Source: Pseudomonadota bacterium (GTDB lineage Bacteria; Pseudomonadota; Gammaproteobacteria; RBG-16-57-12). From it: a stretch of 64,000 nucleotides of DNA. The DNA lies in contig JBFMHP010000046.1 in NCBI GenBank assembly GCA_040752855.1, positions 9,349 to 73,348 on the forward strand. The letters are read 5' to 3'. A program made the position numbers and the translations under genes. Positions 17,693-28,393 of the stretch are shown in pieces. The notes under the pieces are model-generated. The model was given only the letters and a program-made list of their open reading frames with translations. It searched no databases and was not told the origin of the DNA. Positions within the stretch are counted from its first letter, which is position 1; every line of letters starts with the position of its first letter.

Positions 17693-18785
17693 AGAGACGG
17701 CTGCGCAGGTAGCGCTCATGGGTGTGGCGCAGGATCACCATGATCACCGCCGCCACCGGCAGCGCACACAAGACGCCGATGAGTCCGAATAGCTGCCCCC
17801 CGGCCATGACGGCGAAGATCACCGCCACCGGATGCAACCCGATCCGGTCGCCGACGAGCTTGGGCGTCAACACCAGACTCTCAGCAAGCTGGCCCACGCC
17901 GAAGACCGCCAGCACGCCGAGCAGGGGCATCAGTTCCTGGAATTGCATGTACGCAGCCACGCCCGCCAGCAGCATCCCCACGATGAAACCGAGATAGGGC
18001 ACGAAGCTGACCAGGCCGGCGATCATGCCCAGCAGCAGGGCGAATTCCAGTCCGATGATCCACAGGCCAACGGTATAAAGCACTCCGAGGGCGAGCATCA
18101 CCAGCAACTGGCCGCGGAAGAAGGCGCCGAGCACCTCGTCGGCACTGCCCGCGAGCATCACCACCTCGGGCTCCCAGCGGCGCGGGATCAGCTCGCGCAC
18201 GCGCGTCATGAATACATCCCAATCGCGCATCAAATAAAAGGCGACCACCGGGATCAGCACCAGATTCGCCAGCCACGCCATCATCGCCACACCCGAGTGG
18301 AACACCGAACCCAGCACCTGACCCGCAATATCGCCCACCTGGGACCAGCGCTCGGTCAACAAGGCCTTGAGATGGGCCAGATCGAGCAACCCCGGATCGA
18401 GCCCGAGTTGCGCGGCCACCCAGGGCAGCGCACGCTGCTGCACGAACTCAAGATACTGCGGCAGACGCGCAATCAAGGCCGAGACCTGCTGCTCCAGCAT
18501 CGGCACGACCACCAACAGCACCACGAGCAGCACCAGGGACAGCAGGAAAAAGATCAGCGTCACGCCCAGGGTGCGCGAGAGTTTCTTCGCCTCCAACCGA
18601 TCGACCAGCGGATCGCCCATATAGGCCAGCAGCGCCGCAATGACAAAGGGCGTGAGGATCGGGGCGAGCAGATACAGCAGGGCGCCGAACAGCACCGCCG
18701 CGCCCACCAGCGACCACTTCTCGCCCAGCGACAACTCAGCCGCCGCGCGCGGCGGCTCTGGCCTTTCTTCCCCAGTGCCAGACAT
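17682..18785 (-). CDS. AI-2E family transporter (PerM-like)
   Basis: LAPILTPF, FFRGQL, PKLVGDRIGLHPV; true start may be nearer 18735, which would avoid overlap with the upstream gene. Confidence 0.88.
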   Translation of the reverse strand: MSGTGEERPEPPRAAAELSLGEKWSLVGAAVLFGALLYLLAPILTPFVIAALLAYMGDPLVDRLEAKKLSRTLGVTLIFFLLSLVLLVVLLVVVPMLEQQVSALIARLPQYLEFVQQRALPWVAAQLGLDPGLLDLAHLKALLTERWSQVGDIAGQVLGSVFHSGVAMMAWLANLVLIPVVAFYLMRDWDVFMTRVRELIPRRWEPEVVMLAGSADEVLGAFFRGQLLVMLALGVLYTVGLWIIGLEFALLLGMIAGLVSFVPYLGFIVGMLLAGVAAYMQFQELMPLLGVLAVFGVGQLAESLVLTPKLVGDRIGLHPVAVIFAVMAGGQLFGLIGVLCALPVAAVIMVILRHTHERYLRSRLYAQ

Positions 18786-19290
18786 AGTGGCCTCCACTCA
18801 ACAAGGTTGTTAGTGTCACGGCCGCGACCAGCGCCGAAATCACCGAAGGCGGCACGGACAGGATGGTGCGCTCCAGCAACACCAGCGCGGGCAGCGCCAG
18901 CTGGAACACGGTATTGAGCTTGCTCGCCAGGCTCGGGGCCATCTCGTAGCGGCCGACCAAAAAGTAAAAGGCCGCCGCCCCGCTGACGATGACCAGATCG
19001 CGCAGCACCACCAGTGCGGCCAACCACAGCGGGAGCAGCTCCAGCAACGCAAGGCAGACGTAGGTGGAGACGAGCAGCAGCTTGTCACCGATCGGATCGA
19101 GGATGCCGCCCAGCGCGCTGGTCCAGGCATTGCGGCGCGCCAGGTAACCGTCCAGCGCATCGCTGGCCGCCGCCACCGCGTAGATCGCGAACGCCTCCAC
19201 GTAGCGTTGCTGCATCAACAGAAACACCAGCGGGATGACCAGCAGGATGCGGAGGATGCTGATGAAGTTCGGGAGGTGGCGAAGCTTCAC
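18736..19290 (-). CDS. CDP-alcohol phosphatidyltransferase family protein
   Basis: LPNFISILR, SDALDGYLARR, LDPIGDK. Confidence 0.9.
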   Translation of the reverse strand: MKLRHLPNFISILRILLVIPLVFLLMQQRYVEAFAIYAVAAASDALDGYLARRNAWTSALGGILDPIGDKLLLVSTYVCLALLELLPLWLAALVVLRDLVIVSGAAAFYFLVGRYEMAPSLASKLNTVFQLALPALVLLERTILSVPPSVISALVAAVTLTTLLSGGHYVWHWGRKARAAARGG

Positions 19291-20339
19291 GGCTGGAGCT
19301 GATAGACATATTCGGACTGGCCGGACTCCGCGGACGCCCCCGGCTGGGGTGCGAGCACCTGCCCCAAGCGGATCAACTGCGCCAGTTGCTGGTAATCGCC
19401 GAGCAGCGACAGCTCCGCCACCAGACTGTCGCCGTGCGCCTCGCGCAGCGCGACCTGCTGCACGTGGTCGAGCGACTTCAGATAGCCCATCACCCGGGCA
19501 TAGGCCTTGACGCCGGTGACGCCCTCGATGCGCAGGCGCACGAAACTCGCCTGCCCGGGCGTCACCACGCGGGCATAGCGCGCGGCGAGCATATCCGCCA
19601 CCGTGGCGACTGCCTGGGAGATCAGCTCATCGAGCGAACCGGCGCTGTTCTGCCAAGACTGGCGTTCCAGGACGTCGGAGCGTGACCAATGTGCCGTCCA
19701 GCGCGAACCGCTCGGATAGACCCGCCCGACCAGGATTTCATCGGCCTGATAGCGCCGCGAGGCCTCCCCAATGCGCTCGTCGAAACCGCCCCACAGATCG
19801 GCAACATTGAGCCGGCGCTGCTCCTCGAGATCGCGCACCGGCAGCAGCAGCGGCACGCCGCGCGCCTGCGCCGCGCTATTGAGCATGGCCTGCAATTCCT
19901 TCCCCTCCTCACCGCCGACGATGAGGCGCGCGCCTTTATCCTCCACCGCCAGCCAGACCAACAGCGAAGGGCGCACACTCCCCCACACCGGCAGCCCGAA
20001 CTCCTGGAGCAATTGATTGACCTCGGACTCGCCAAAACGCGCCCACAACTGAGGGCGCGACCCGCTGCCCGCAGCCGATTGATGCCGGAACTGCAACACC
20101 AAGCGCTCGGCGCGTTGCGCAGCCGCCGCACGCACCGCCGGGGAAAGATTGGCCTGCCCGGAAACCTTGGTGATCACGCGAAGCAAGGCGGCTTGTATCG
20201 CCTGGGAGCGTGTCGCCGTCTGATCGGTCACGGGCACTTCGGCTTCATACAAATCCTTGACCTCGGCGGCCTGCGCGCCGGATACAAATATCCACCACGC
20301 AAGAATACAAAATAGGTAAAATACGTTTTTCATGAACAA
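19287..20339 (-). CDS. DUF2066 domain exported protein
   Basis: Signal peptide, LYEAEVPV, PVWGSVRPSLLVWL; typical position divergent from purM. Confidence 0.75.
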   Translation of the reverse strand: MFMKNVFYLFCILAWWIFVSGAQAAEVKDLYEAEVPVTDQTATRSQAIQAALLRVITKVSGQANLSPAVRAAAAQRAERLVLQFRHQSAAGSGSRPQLWARFGESEVNQLLQEFGLPVWGSVRPSLLVWLAVEDKGARLIVGGEEGKELQAMLNSAAQARGVPLLLPVRDLEEQRRLNVADLWGGFDERIGEASRRYQADEILVGRVYPSGSRWTAHWSRSDVLERQSWQNSAGSLDELISQAVATVADMLAARYARVVTPGQASFVRLRIEGVTGVKAYARVMGYLKSLDHVQQVALREAHGDSLVAELSLLGDYQQLAQLIRLGQVLAPQPGASAESGQSEYVYQLQP

Positions 20340-20431
20340 GCACGCTATGCAAGCCGCGCCCCCAAGTCAAGGTTTGCATATGAACAGAGCGAACTATACC
20401 ATTGCGGGCGTTTAAAACAGGAGCAGCCTCG

Positions 20432-21484
20432 GTGACTTCCAAAGACCCTTCATCCATCTCATTGAGCTACCGCGACGCCGGCGTGGACATCGACGCCGGC
20501 GGCGAGCTGGTCGACCGCATCAAACCCGCCGTGGCCAAGACCACGCGACGCGAGGTCATCGGCGGCCTGGGCGGATTCGGCGCACTGTTCGAGATCCCGC
20601 TCGACCGCTATCGTCAACCGGTGCTGGTCTCGGGCACCGACGGGGTGGGCACCAAGTTGCGCCTGGCGATGAACATGAACAAGCACGACACCATCGGGAT
20701 CGACCTGGTGGCCATGTGCGCCAATGATCTCGTCGTGCAAGGCGCCGAGCCGCTGTTTTTCCTCGATTACTACGCCACCGGCAAGCTCGATGTGGACACC
20801 GCCGCGGCGGTCATCCAGGGCATCGCCGCGGGCTGCGCGCAGGCCGGGGCCGCGCTGGTCGGCGGCGAGACCGCCGAGATGCCGGGCATGTATCACGGCG
20901 AAGACTATGACCTGGCCGGCTTCTGCGTCGGCGTGGTGGAAAAATCGCGCATCATCGACGGCAGCAAGGTCAAGGTCGGCGACGTATTGATCGGCCTGGC
21001 CTCCAGCGGCCCGCACTCCAACGGCTATTCGCTGATCCGCAAGATCCTGGAAGTCAGCAACACCCCGCTCGACCTGCCCTTCGAGGGCTCGACCATCGGC
21101 GCCGTGCTGCTGGAGCCGACCCGTCTGTACATCAAGCCGCTGCTCAAGCTCTTCGAGCAGGTCGAGGTACACGCCCTGGCGCACATCACCGGCGGCGGAC
21201 TGCTGGAAAACATCCCGCGCGTGCTGCCCGAGGGCTGCAATGCGCACATCGACGCCAAGAGCTGGAAGCGTCCGCCGATCTTCACGTGGCTGCAGCAGAA
21301 GGGCAACGTCGCCGAGATGGAGATGTACCGCACCTTCAACTGCGGCGTGGGCATGGTGGTCTGCGTCAGCGCCGCCGATGCAGACAAGACCCTCAAGCTG
21401 CTCAATGCTGCCGGCGAGACGGCTTGGCGCCTGGGCGAGATCCGCGCCGGGGGCGCTAACAGCCCCGAGGTCATGATCGGCTGA
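20432..21484 (+). CDS. purM: Phosphoribosylaminoimidazole synthetase
   Basis: [25 protein letters not shown]; GTG start after AGGAG. Confidence 0.97.
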   Translation: MTSKDPSSISLSYRDAGVDIDAGGELVDRIKPAVAKTTRREVIGGLGGFGALFEIPLDRYRQPVLVSGTDGVGTKLRLAMNMNKHDTIGIDLVAMCANDLVVQGAEPLFFLDYYATGKLDVDTAAAVIQGIAAGCAQAGAALVGGETAEMPGMYHGEDYDLAGFCVGVVEKSRIIDGSKVKVGDVLIGLASSGPHSNGYSLIRKILEVSNTPLDLPFEGSTIGAVLLEPTRLYIKPLLKLFEQVEVHALAHITGGGLLENIPRVLPEGCNAHIDAKSWKRPPIFTWLQQKGNVAEMEMYRTFNCGVGMVVCVSAADADKTLKLLNAAGETAWRLGEIRAGGANSPEVMIG

Positions 21485-21487
21485 TCC

Positions 21488-22183
21488 ATGAGCGACGCCC
21501 GCGTAACGCCCTTGCCGGTGGTCATCCTGCTCTCCGGCAACGGCAGCAATCTGCAGGCCATCATCGATGCCACCGGCTCCGAGGCCCTGCCGATCGAGAT
21601 CAAGGCGGTGATCAGCAACAAGCCGCAGGCCTTTGGCTTGGAGCGCGCCAAGCGCGCAGGCATCGCCACCGCCGTCCTCGAACACACCGCCTTCGCCGAT
21701 CGTGCAGGCTTCGATCAGGCATTGATGACTCTGATTGACCGCCACCAGCCGCGGCTGGTGATCCTGGCCGGTTTCATGCGCATCCTCACGCCGGAATTCG
21801 TGCGCCACTATCACGGGCGCCTGCTCAACATCCACCCCTCGCTGCTGCCGAAATACACGGGGCTCGACACCCACCGCCGCGCCCTGGCGGCCGGCGAGCC
21901 TGAACATGGGGCAAGCGTGCATTTCGTCACCGAGGAACTCGACGGGGGGCCGGTGATCATCCAGGGTCGTGTGCCGGTGCAGGCTGGTGACACGCCGGAG
22001 ACACTGGCCAAACGCGTGCTGGTGCTAGAGCACCGCATCTATCCGCTGGCCATCCGCTGGTTCGCCGAAGGCCGCGTGCGCCTGGAGGGCTCAAGCCTCT
22101 GGTTCGACAACCGGCCGCTGGTGCGGCCCATCACGTTGGATCAAGGCCAGGCGCATCCCGCGTTCCCCACATCTCATGAATGA
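21488..22183 (+). CDS. purN: Phosphoribosylglycinamide formyltransferase
   Basis: LSGNGSNLQA, NIHPSLLP, GASVHFV. Confidence 0.97.
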   Translation: MSDARVTPLPVVILLSGNGSNLQAIIDATGSEALPIEIKAVISNKPQAFGLERAKRAGIATAVLEHTAFADRAGFDQALMTLIDRHQPRLVILAGFMRILTPEFVRHYHGRLLNIHPSLLPKYTGLDTHRRALAAGEPEHGASVHFVTEELDGGPVIIQGRVPVQAGDTPETLAKRVLVLEHRIYPLAIRWFAEGRVRLEGSSLWFDNRPLVRPITLDQGQAHPAFPTSHE

Positions 22184-22220
22184 ACCGCCGCCCAAATTGA
22201 CGAGGAGACCGATCGGGACC

Positions 22221-22958
22221 ATGATCAATGCCATGCCGATGATTTACTGGATGCTTCTTTGCCTCGCCACCGCCCATGCCGCCCTTGCCGGTGAGCCGGC
22301 GATACCTGACTTCGCCGCGACCTACCAGCTCCAGCGCGGCAGCCTGACCCTGGGCGAAACCGTGCGCTCGCTGAAAGCGGAAGGCGACGGCGGCGCCTAT
22401 GCCTTCGAATCGGAAATCCACAGCACCGGTTTCGCGGCCATCTTCCTCAAAGACAAGGTCATCGAACGCAGCATGTTCAAGCTGCAAGACCAGCGCGTGA
22501 TCCCTTTGGAATACCTCTACGATCGCCGCGGCGGGAAGAAGGAACGCCAAACGCACCAGAAGTTCGATTGGGAGAACCGGCAGGTCACCGATCTACAGGA
22601 CCCGCAGGCAGCCGCCGTGGCAGTGCCGGAGGCTACCCTCGATAAACACGTCTATCAGATCCAGGTCATGCTCGACTTGGCCGCAGGCAAACGCGACCTG
22701 GAGTATGCGATCCTCGACCGGGCGAAGGTAAAGACCTATCGGGTCGAGATCATCGGCGAGGAGACATTGGACACCAAGCTGGGCAAGCTGGACACCGTGA
22801 TCGTCCAGCGGAAGAAGGATGGCGTGGCCACCACCCTCTGGTGCGCCAAGGAGCTGTATTTCCTGCCGGTGCAGATCGCGCAGGTGGAAAAGGACGGCAG
22901 CAGCTACAAGGCGAGGATCAAGGCCTTGACCGGCATGACCGTCCCGAAAAAGCAGTGA
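22221..22958 (+). CDS. DUF3108 domain exported protein
   Basis: Signal peptide, G.E.L.T.LG.LDT, WCAKELYFLPVQI; typically follows purN; start uncertain (22176-22239). Confidence 0.75.
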   Translation: MINAMPMIYWMLLCLATAHAALAGEPAIPDFAATYQLQRGSLTLGETVRSLKAEGDGGAYAFESEIHSTGFAAIFLKDKVIERSMFKLQDQRVIPLEYLYDRRGGKKERQTHQKFDWENRQVTDLQDPQAAAVAVPEATLDKHVYQIQVMLDLAAGKRDLEYAILDRAKVKTYRVEIIGEETLDTKLGKLDTVIVQRKKDGVATTLWCAKELYFLPVQIAQVEKDGSSYKARIKALTGMTVPKKQ

Positions 22959-25220
22959 TCAGCGCCCAGGCCGCAGCAACCCGCCCAGCCCCGCCGCGTC
23001 CAGCGCATCATTGAGCCGCTGGCGGATCTCCTCCGCCGCGAGCATCGTGAGCACCTCGCCGAGCAATTCCTTGGCCTTGGCCTGAGTAAAATTGCGGATC
23101 ACCCATTTCACCCGCGGCAGGCTCGCGGCGTTCATACTCAGACTGTCCACCCCCATCCCGAGCAGCACCAGCGCCGCCGCCGGATCGCCGGCCATCTCAC
23201 CGCAGACACTAACCGGCTTGCGGTGCTTGTGCGCCGCCTTGATCACCTGCATCAGCGCCTGCAGCACGGCCGGATGCAGGCCATCGAAGAGATGCGCCAC
23301 GCTGGAGTTGTTGCGATCCACCGCCAAGAGATATTGGGTGAGGTCATTGGTGCCGACCGAGAGGAAATCCACGCGCTTGGCCAGCGCCTCGGCCTGGTAG
23401 ACCGCCGCGGGCACCTCGATCATCACCCCGAGGCGCGGCATGTCCACCGCCCGCCCCTCCTCGCGCAACTCCTCCACGGCGCGCACCAGGAGTTCCTTGG
23501 CCGCCTCGACCTCGGCGACATTGGTGATCATGGGCAACAGGATGTTGAGGTTGTCGATGCCCTCGCTGGCGCGCAGGATGGCACGCATCTGCACCAGAAA
23601 AATCTCCGGATGGTCCAATGTGATACGAATGCCGCGCCAGCCGAGGAAGGGATTTTCCTCCTGGATGGGGAAGTAGCTCAGGGCCTTGTCCCCGCCGATG
23701 TCCAGGGTGCGCACCACCACCGGCTTGCCGGGGAAGGCGAGCATCACCTGGCGGTAGATGCGAAACTGTTCTTCCTCGCCGGGGAAACGGTCACGGATGA
23801 TGAAGGGAAATTCGGTGCGGTAGAGCCCCACACCCTCGGCGCCGCATTTGAGCGACGGCGCGATATCGGCGAGCAGGCCGGTGTTGGCGTAGAGCGGGAT
23901 GCGCACGCCGTCGGGGGTCAGCGCGGGCTCGTCGATCAAGGTATCGAGCTCGGCGGACAAGGCCGACGCCTCCTGGATCAGCCGTTTGTACTCGGCCCGC
24001 ACCGCCGCCGACGGGCGGATGAAGACCTTGCCCTGATAGCCGTCGACGATAACCCGCTGGCTGTCGATGCGATGCACCGGCAGGTCTGCCACGCCCATCA
24101 CCGCCGGAATGCCCATCGATCGGGCGAGGATCGCGACGTGGGAATTGCTTGAACCGCGCACCGAAATCACACCCGCCAGCCGCGAGGCCGGCACCTCCGC
24201 CAGCATTGTGGCAGAGATCTCCTCACCCACCAGGATGGTGTGACGCGGATAATAGGATTTCTTGGCCGGGGCGCTTTGCAGATACGACAGGATGCGGATA
24301 CCCAGATCGCGCACGTCGCTGGCCCGCTCGCTCAGGTAGGGGTCTTCCATCGACTCGAACACCTTGACGTGTTCCTCCACGGCGCGCTTCAAGGCGCCGG
24401 AGGCCCAGCTGCCCGCGCGGATGTACTCGATCACCTTGTCGATCATCCCGCCGCTGTCGAGCATCATCAGATAGACCTCGAACAGTGCGCGATCTTCCAT
24501 CGGCAGCTTTTGCTCCTCGAGCCGCACCAGGATGTCCTGGATGTCGCGGCGCACCTCGGCCACCGCCTGATTGAGCGCGTTGATTTCGGCCTTGGGGTCA
24601 TCGACCTGACGGTCGGGAATGGCATCGAGATCGGCCTGGGGATATTGGACGATGGCCGTGCCCATCGCCACGCCGGAGGAGCCGGCCAGCCCGATCAGCG
24701 GGAGATCCTTGCCCGTGCGCTTACCGAGCAAGTCGTTGATGCCGCCGGTGACCTCGGCGTGGGCGATGGCCGCGGCAAGCTGCGAGGCCACGGTCACGAG
24801 AAAGCTGACACTGTCCTCATCAAAGCGTTCCGAGGTCGTTCGCTGAGCGGTAAGCACACCCACCACCTCGCTGTGGCGGATGATCGGCACGCCGAGGAAG
24901 CTGTGGAAGGCCTCTTCGCCGGTCTCGGGGAAATATTGGTAGCGCGGATGGGAGGAGGCCTCTTCCAGATTCAGCGGTTCGGCGCGCTCACAGACCAGTC
25001 CGATCAGGCCCTGGTCCAGATCGAGCCGCACTTCACCGACCGATTCGGGTTTCAGCCCACGCGTGGCCATCAACACCTGATGGCCGTCGTCGCGCAGATA
25101 GATCGAGCAGACGTCCACCGCGATGGCCGCTTGCACGCGCTCGACGATGATCTCGAGGGCCGCCGCCAGGCTGCTGGCAGCGTTGACCTCCTGCACCAGG
25201 CGGCGCAGGAGCGACAACAT
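22959..25220 (-). CDS. ptsP: Nitrogen PTS enzyme I (GAF-EI)
   Basis: N-terminal GAF domain, SNSHVAILARS phospho-His, GVGLYRTEF. Confidence 0.96.
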   Translation of the reverse strand: MLSLLRRLVQEVNAASSLAAALEIIVERVQAAIAVDVCSIYLRDDGHQVLMATRGLKPESVGEVRLDLDQGLIGLVCERAEPLNLEEASSHPRYQYFPETGEEAFHSFLGVPIIRHSEVVGVLTAQRTTSERFDEDSVSFLVTVASQLAAAIAHAEVTGGINDLLGKRTGKDLPLIGLAGSSGVAMGTAIVQYPQADLDAIPDRQVDDPKAEINALNQAVAEVRRDIQDILVRLEEQKLPMEDRALFEVYLMMLDSGGMIDKVIEYIRAGSWASGALKRAVEEHVKVFESMEDPYLSERASDVRDLGIRILSYLQSAPAKKSYYPRHTILVGEEISATMLAEVPASRLAGVISVRGSSNSHVAILARSMGIPAVMGVADLPVHRIDSQRVIVDGYQGKVFIRPSAAVRAEYKRLIQEASALSAELDTLIDEPALTPDGVRIPLYANTGLLADIAPSLKCGAEGVGLYRTEFPFIIRDRFPGEEEQFRIYRQVMLAFPGKPVVVRTLDIGGDKALSYFPIQEENPFLGWRGIRITLDHPEIFLVQMRAILRASEGIDNLNILLPMITNVAEVEAAKELLVRAVEELREEGRAVDMPRLGVMIEVPAAVYQAEALAKRVDFLSVGTNDLTQYLLAVDRNNSSVAHLFDGLHPAVLQALMQVIKAAHKHRKPVSVCGEMAGDPAAALVLLGMGVDSLSMNAASLPRVKWVIRNFTQAKAKELLGEVLTMLAAEEIRQRLNDALDAAGLGGLLRPGR

Positions 25221-25249
25221 CGTGCTGCCTTTGCCCTGCCTAGGCATAC

Positions 25250-25789
25250 TCAGCCCCTGACACAGGGATAGCGCCGGCGCCGTGGCGCCCGCGGGAAGTC
25301 GGGAACATTGCCCTCGCCGCCGAACAACAGCGGCGCCAGCTCGGTGAGCGCCGCGCGGTAGACCTTGCGCTTGAAGGAGATGACTTGGAAGACCGGCGAC
25401 CAGTAATCGGTCCAGCGCCAGAAGTCGAATTCCGGCCGCTCGGAGCAGGTGAGACAGACGTGGTCGGCAGTCACATTGAGCCTTAACAAGTACCAGATTT
25501 GTTTCTGGCCGATGCACACCGGCTGGCGCTCGCGGCGCACCAGGTGGCTCGGCAAGTGATAACGCAGCCAGTCCGAGGTGCAGCCCAGCACCTCGACATG
25601 CTCCGGTTTGAGGCCCACCTCTTCCCACAGCTCACGAAACAGTGCCTCTTGCGGCGTTTCGTGTTCCTTGATGCCGCCTTGCGGAAACTGCCAGGACTGT
25701 TGCCCGATGCGTTTGGCCCAAAACAGCTTGCCTTGGCGGTTGGCGAGGATGATGCCTACATTCGCTCTGTAACCCTCGGAATCAATCAC
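25250..25789 (-). CDS. rppH: RNA pyrophosphohydrolase
   Basis: [22 protein letters not shown], Nudix box, GQKQIW. Confidence 0.97.
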   Translation of the reverse strand: MIDSEGYRANVGIILANRQGKLFWAKRIGQQSWQFPQGGIKEHETPQEALFRELWEEVGLKPEHVEVLGCTSDWLRYHLPSHLVRRERQPVCIGQKQIWYLLRLNVTADHVCLTCSERPEFDFWRWTDYWSPVFQVISFKRKVYRAALTELAPLLFGGEGNVPDFPRAPRRRRYPCVRG

Positions 25790-25962
25790 TTGTACTCGAT
25801 TTCAAATCATTCAATGATGGGTTGATTCTTCCACAAAAGACGCGGTTCCAGCAAATCAAATCTGGCGGCGTATTCTGAAACCAATCTCCGCTTGCCAAAC
25901 GCTGCCGCGGCCGCCGCGATTCGCTGTATGATACGCCCCACAATCAATTGAAGGAGCCGATC

Positions 25963-26658
25963 TTGAGCATCGCGATTTTTGATCTCGACAACACCCTGCT
26001 CGGCGGGGACAGCGATTATCTGTGGGGGCAATTCCTGGTGGAACAGGGGCTGGTCGACCGCGAGCACTACACCCGCGAGAATCACCGCTTCTACGAGGAA
26101 TACAAGGCCGGCACGCTGGATATCCACGAGTTTCTCAATTTCAGCCTCAAACCGCTCTCCGAACACGACATGGACGCCCTGAACAAGCTGCATCAGGAAT
26201 TCATGGCCGAGAAGATCGCCCCGATCATGCTCCCGGCGGCACAGCATCTGCTACGCTCCCACCGCGAACAAGGGCATCTGCTGATGATCATCACCGCCAC
26301 CAACCGCTTCGTCACCGCGCCGATCGCCGAGGCCCTGGGTGTGGACGTGCTGCTCGCCACCGAGGCCGAGATCCGCGATCACCGCTACACCGGCCGCACC
26401 TTCGACGTGCCCTGTTTTCAGGCGGGCAAGGTCCAACGCCTCAACAACTGGCTGGCGGCCAATGGCAAGACGCTCTCGACCAGCTGGTTCTACAGCGACT
26501 CGCGCAACGACCTGCCGCTGCTGGAGATGGTCGACCACCCCGTCGCGGTCGATCCCGACGACACCTTGGCCGAACACGCCGAGATGCGCGGCTGGCCGAT
26601 CATCACGCTGCGCGCCGGACTCGCGCCGAAACCGTTCATCCCGGGACTGAAGGATTGA
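25963..26658 (+). CDS. HAD-IB hydrolase (probable histidinol-phosphatase type)
   Basis: IFDLDNTLL, ITATN, YSDSRNDLPLL; TTG start after AAGGAG; divergent from rppH as for P. aeruginosa PA0335. Confidence 0.85.
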   Translation: MSIAIFDLDNTLLGGDSDYLWGQFLVEQGLVDREHYTRENHRFYEEYKAGTLDIHEFLNFSLKPLSEHDMDALNKLHQEFMAEKIAPIMLPAAQHLLRSHREQGHLLMIITATNRFVTAPIAEALGVDVLLATEAEIRDHRYTGRTFDVPCFQAGKVQRLNNWLAANGKTLSTSWFYSDSRNDLPLLEMVDHPVAVDPDDTLAEHAEMRGWPIITLRAGLAPKPFIPGLKD

Positions 26659-27623
26659 AACCCGGCCGGGTCTTGATCGGACTTGCGGCCGCCAGCGTGG
26701 TGCTGCTGGCGCTGGCCCTGGCCGTCGGCAGCGTTCCCCTGAGTCTGCCCGAGGTGCTTTCCGCCCTCGCGGGCCAGGGCGACCCCCTGCAGCAAAGCCT
26801 GGTGTGGGAACTGCGCCTGCCGCGCGCGGCCAGCGCGTTTATCATCGGCGCGCAGCTCGCCCTGGCCGGGGCCCTGATGCAGGTCCTGCTGCGCAATCCC
26901 CTGGCCGATCCTTACATCCTCGGCGTCTCCGGCGGCGCAGGCGTGGCCGCGCTGTGCGCCATGCTGCTCGGCCTCGCCGGGCTGCTGCTCACCGCGAGCG
27001 CCTTCGTCGGCGCGCTCCTCTCCACGTTGTTGGTCTTCGGCTTGGCACACTCGCGCATCGACTGGACCCCCACCCGCTTGCTGCTCACCGGCGTGGTGGT
27101 CGCCATGGGCTGGGGTGCGCTGATCAGCTTCATCCTGGCCATCGCCCCCGAGGCGCAGCTGCGCGGCATGTTGTTCTGGCTGATGGGCGATCTGAGCTAC
27201 AGCCAGTTCCCGGCGCTCGGCACTGTCATCCTCCTACTGACATCGGCGTTGATCTGGCCGCAGGCGCGCGACCTCAACGTGCTCGCGCGCGGCGAATGGC
27301 AGGCCGCCGCCCTCGGCGTGGAGATCCAGCGGCTGCGCTGGCGGCTGTATTTTATCGCCGCCCTGCTGACCGCCAGCGCCGTGGTGCAGGCCGGCAGCAT
27401 CGGCTTCATTGGCCTGGTGGTACCCCATCTGCTGCGCCTGCTCGGCTGTCATGATCATCGTTATTTATTGCCCGCTGCGGTGCTCTGCGGCGGGAGCCTG
27501 TTGCTGCTGGGCGACACCCTGGCCCGCAGCATGATCGCGCCCCAACAACTGCCCGTCGGCATCATCACCGCCTTCATCGGCGTGCCGCTGTTCCTCTATT
27601 TGTTGAACAGGCGGGTGCAATGA
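26655..27623 (+). CDS. FecCD/BtuC-family ABC permease
   Basis: LRLPRA, LRNPLADPYILGVSGGA, GSIGFIGLVVPH. Confidence 0.9.
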   Translation: MKPGRVLIGLAAASVVLLALALAVGSVPLSLPEVLSALAGQGDPLQQSLVWELRLPRAASAFIIGAQLALAGALMQVLLRNPLADPYILGVSGGAGVAALCAMLLGLAGLLLTASAFVGALLSTLLVFGLAHSRIDWTPTRLLLTGVVVAMGWGALISFILAIAPEAQLRGMLFWLMGDLSYSQFPALGTVILLLTSALIWPQARDLNVLARGEWQAAALGVEIQRLRWRLYFIAALLTASAVVQAGSIGFIGLVVPHLLRLLGCHDHRYLLPAAVLCGGSLLLLGDTLARSMIAPQQLPVGIITAFIGVPLFLYLLNRRVQ

Positions 27624-28393
27624 GTCAAACCATCCTCCGCACCGAGAACCTGTATGTCAGCATCGCCGGGCTGCCGATCTGCCGCGCGCTCGATCTCACC
27701 ATCGAGTCCGGACAATGCTGGGCCATCCTTGGAAGAAACGGCGCGGGTAAAACCACCCTGCTGCACACGCTGGCGGGGTTGCGCTCACCCGATGCCGGAC
27801 GAATCCTGCTCGAAGACACGCCGCTTGCAACGCTTCCCCGGCGCGCGATCGCGCAGCGCATCGGCGTGCTGTTCCAGGAGACCGATGCCACCTTCCCCGG
27901 CACCGTGCTGGAACAGGCGCTGCTCGGCCGTCACCCCTGGCTGGGGCGCTGGCAGTGGGAAGGACCAAGCGATCACGCGCTCGCCGTGGAGGCCCTGCGC
28001 CAAGTCGATTTGAGCGCACTCCAAGATCGCCAAGTCGGCACCCTCTCCGGCGGCGAACGCCAACGCCTCGCGCTCGCCACGCTGATCACCCAGGTCCCAC
28101 GTCTCCTGCTGCTCGATGAGCCGAACAACCACCTCGATCTCCATCATCAAATCACACTGCTGGACTTACTGTGCCGGCAAGCCCGACAACACAAAACCGC
28201 CGTGATGATGATCGTGCACGACGTGAACCTCGCGCTGCGCTTTTGCAGCCACCTGCTCCTGCTGTTCGGCGACGGGGAGACACAACAAGGGCCGGCACTC
28301 CAAGTCGCCACCTCCGAGACCTTGAGCCGACTCTACCGCCAGCCCATCACGCGCCTGGACGGTCCGCATGGACCGGTGTTCGTGCCGCAATGA
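27620..28393 (+). CDS. FecE/BtuD-family ABC ATPase
   Basis: GRNGAGKTT, LSGGERQR, LLLDEP. Confidence 0.92.
   Translation: MSQTILRTENLYVSIAGLPICRALDLTIESGQCWAILGRNGAGKTTLLHTLAGLRSPDAGRILLEDTPLATLPRRAIAQRIGVLFQETDATFPGTVLEQALLGRHPWLGRWQWEGPSDHALAVEALRQVDLSALQDRQVGTLSGGERQRLALATLITQVPRLLLLDEPNNHLDLHHQITLLDLLCRQARQHKTAVMMIVHDVNLALRFCSHLLLLFGDGETQQGPALQVATSETLSRLYRQPITRLDGPHGPVFVPQ

Noticed and set aside
18736-18797. Overlap of about 50-60 nt between the CDP-alcohol transferase and AI-2E ORFs
   Set aside because: Most likely a start-codon over-extension; a TTG near 18735 removes it.
26022-26654. 533 aa ORF appearing to give the ABC permease a long N-terminal extension
   Set aside because: The extension is an alternative frame over the HAD gene; the permease probably starts at TTG 26655.
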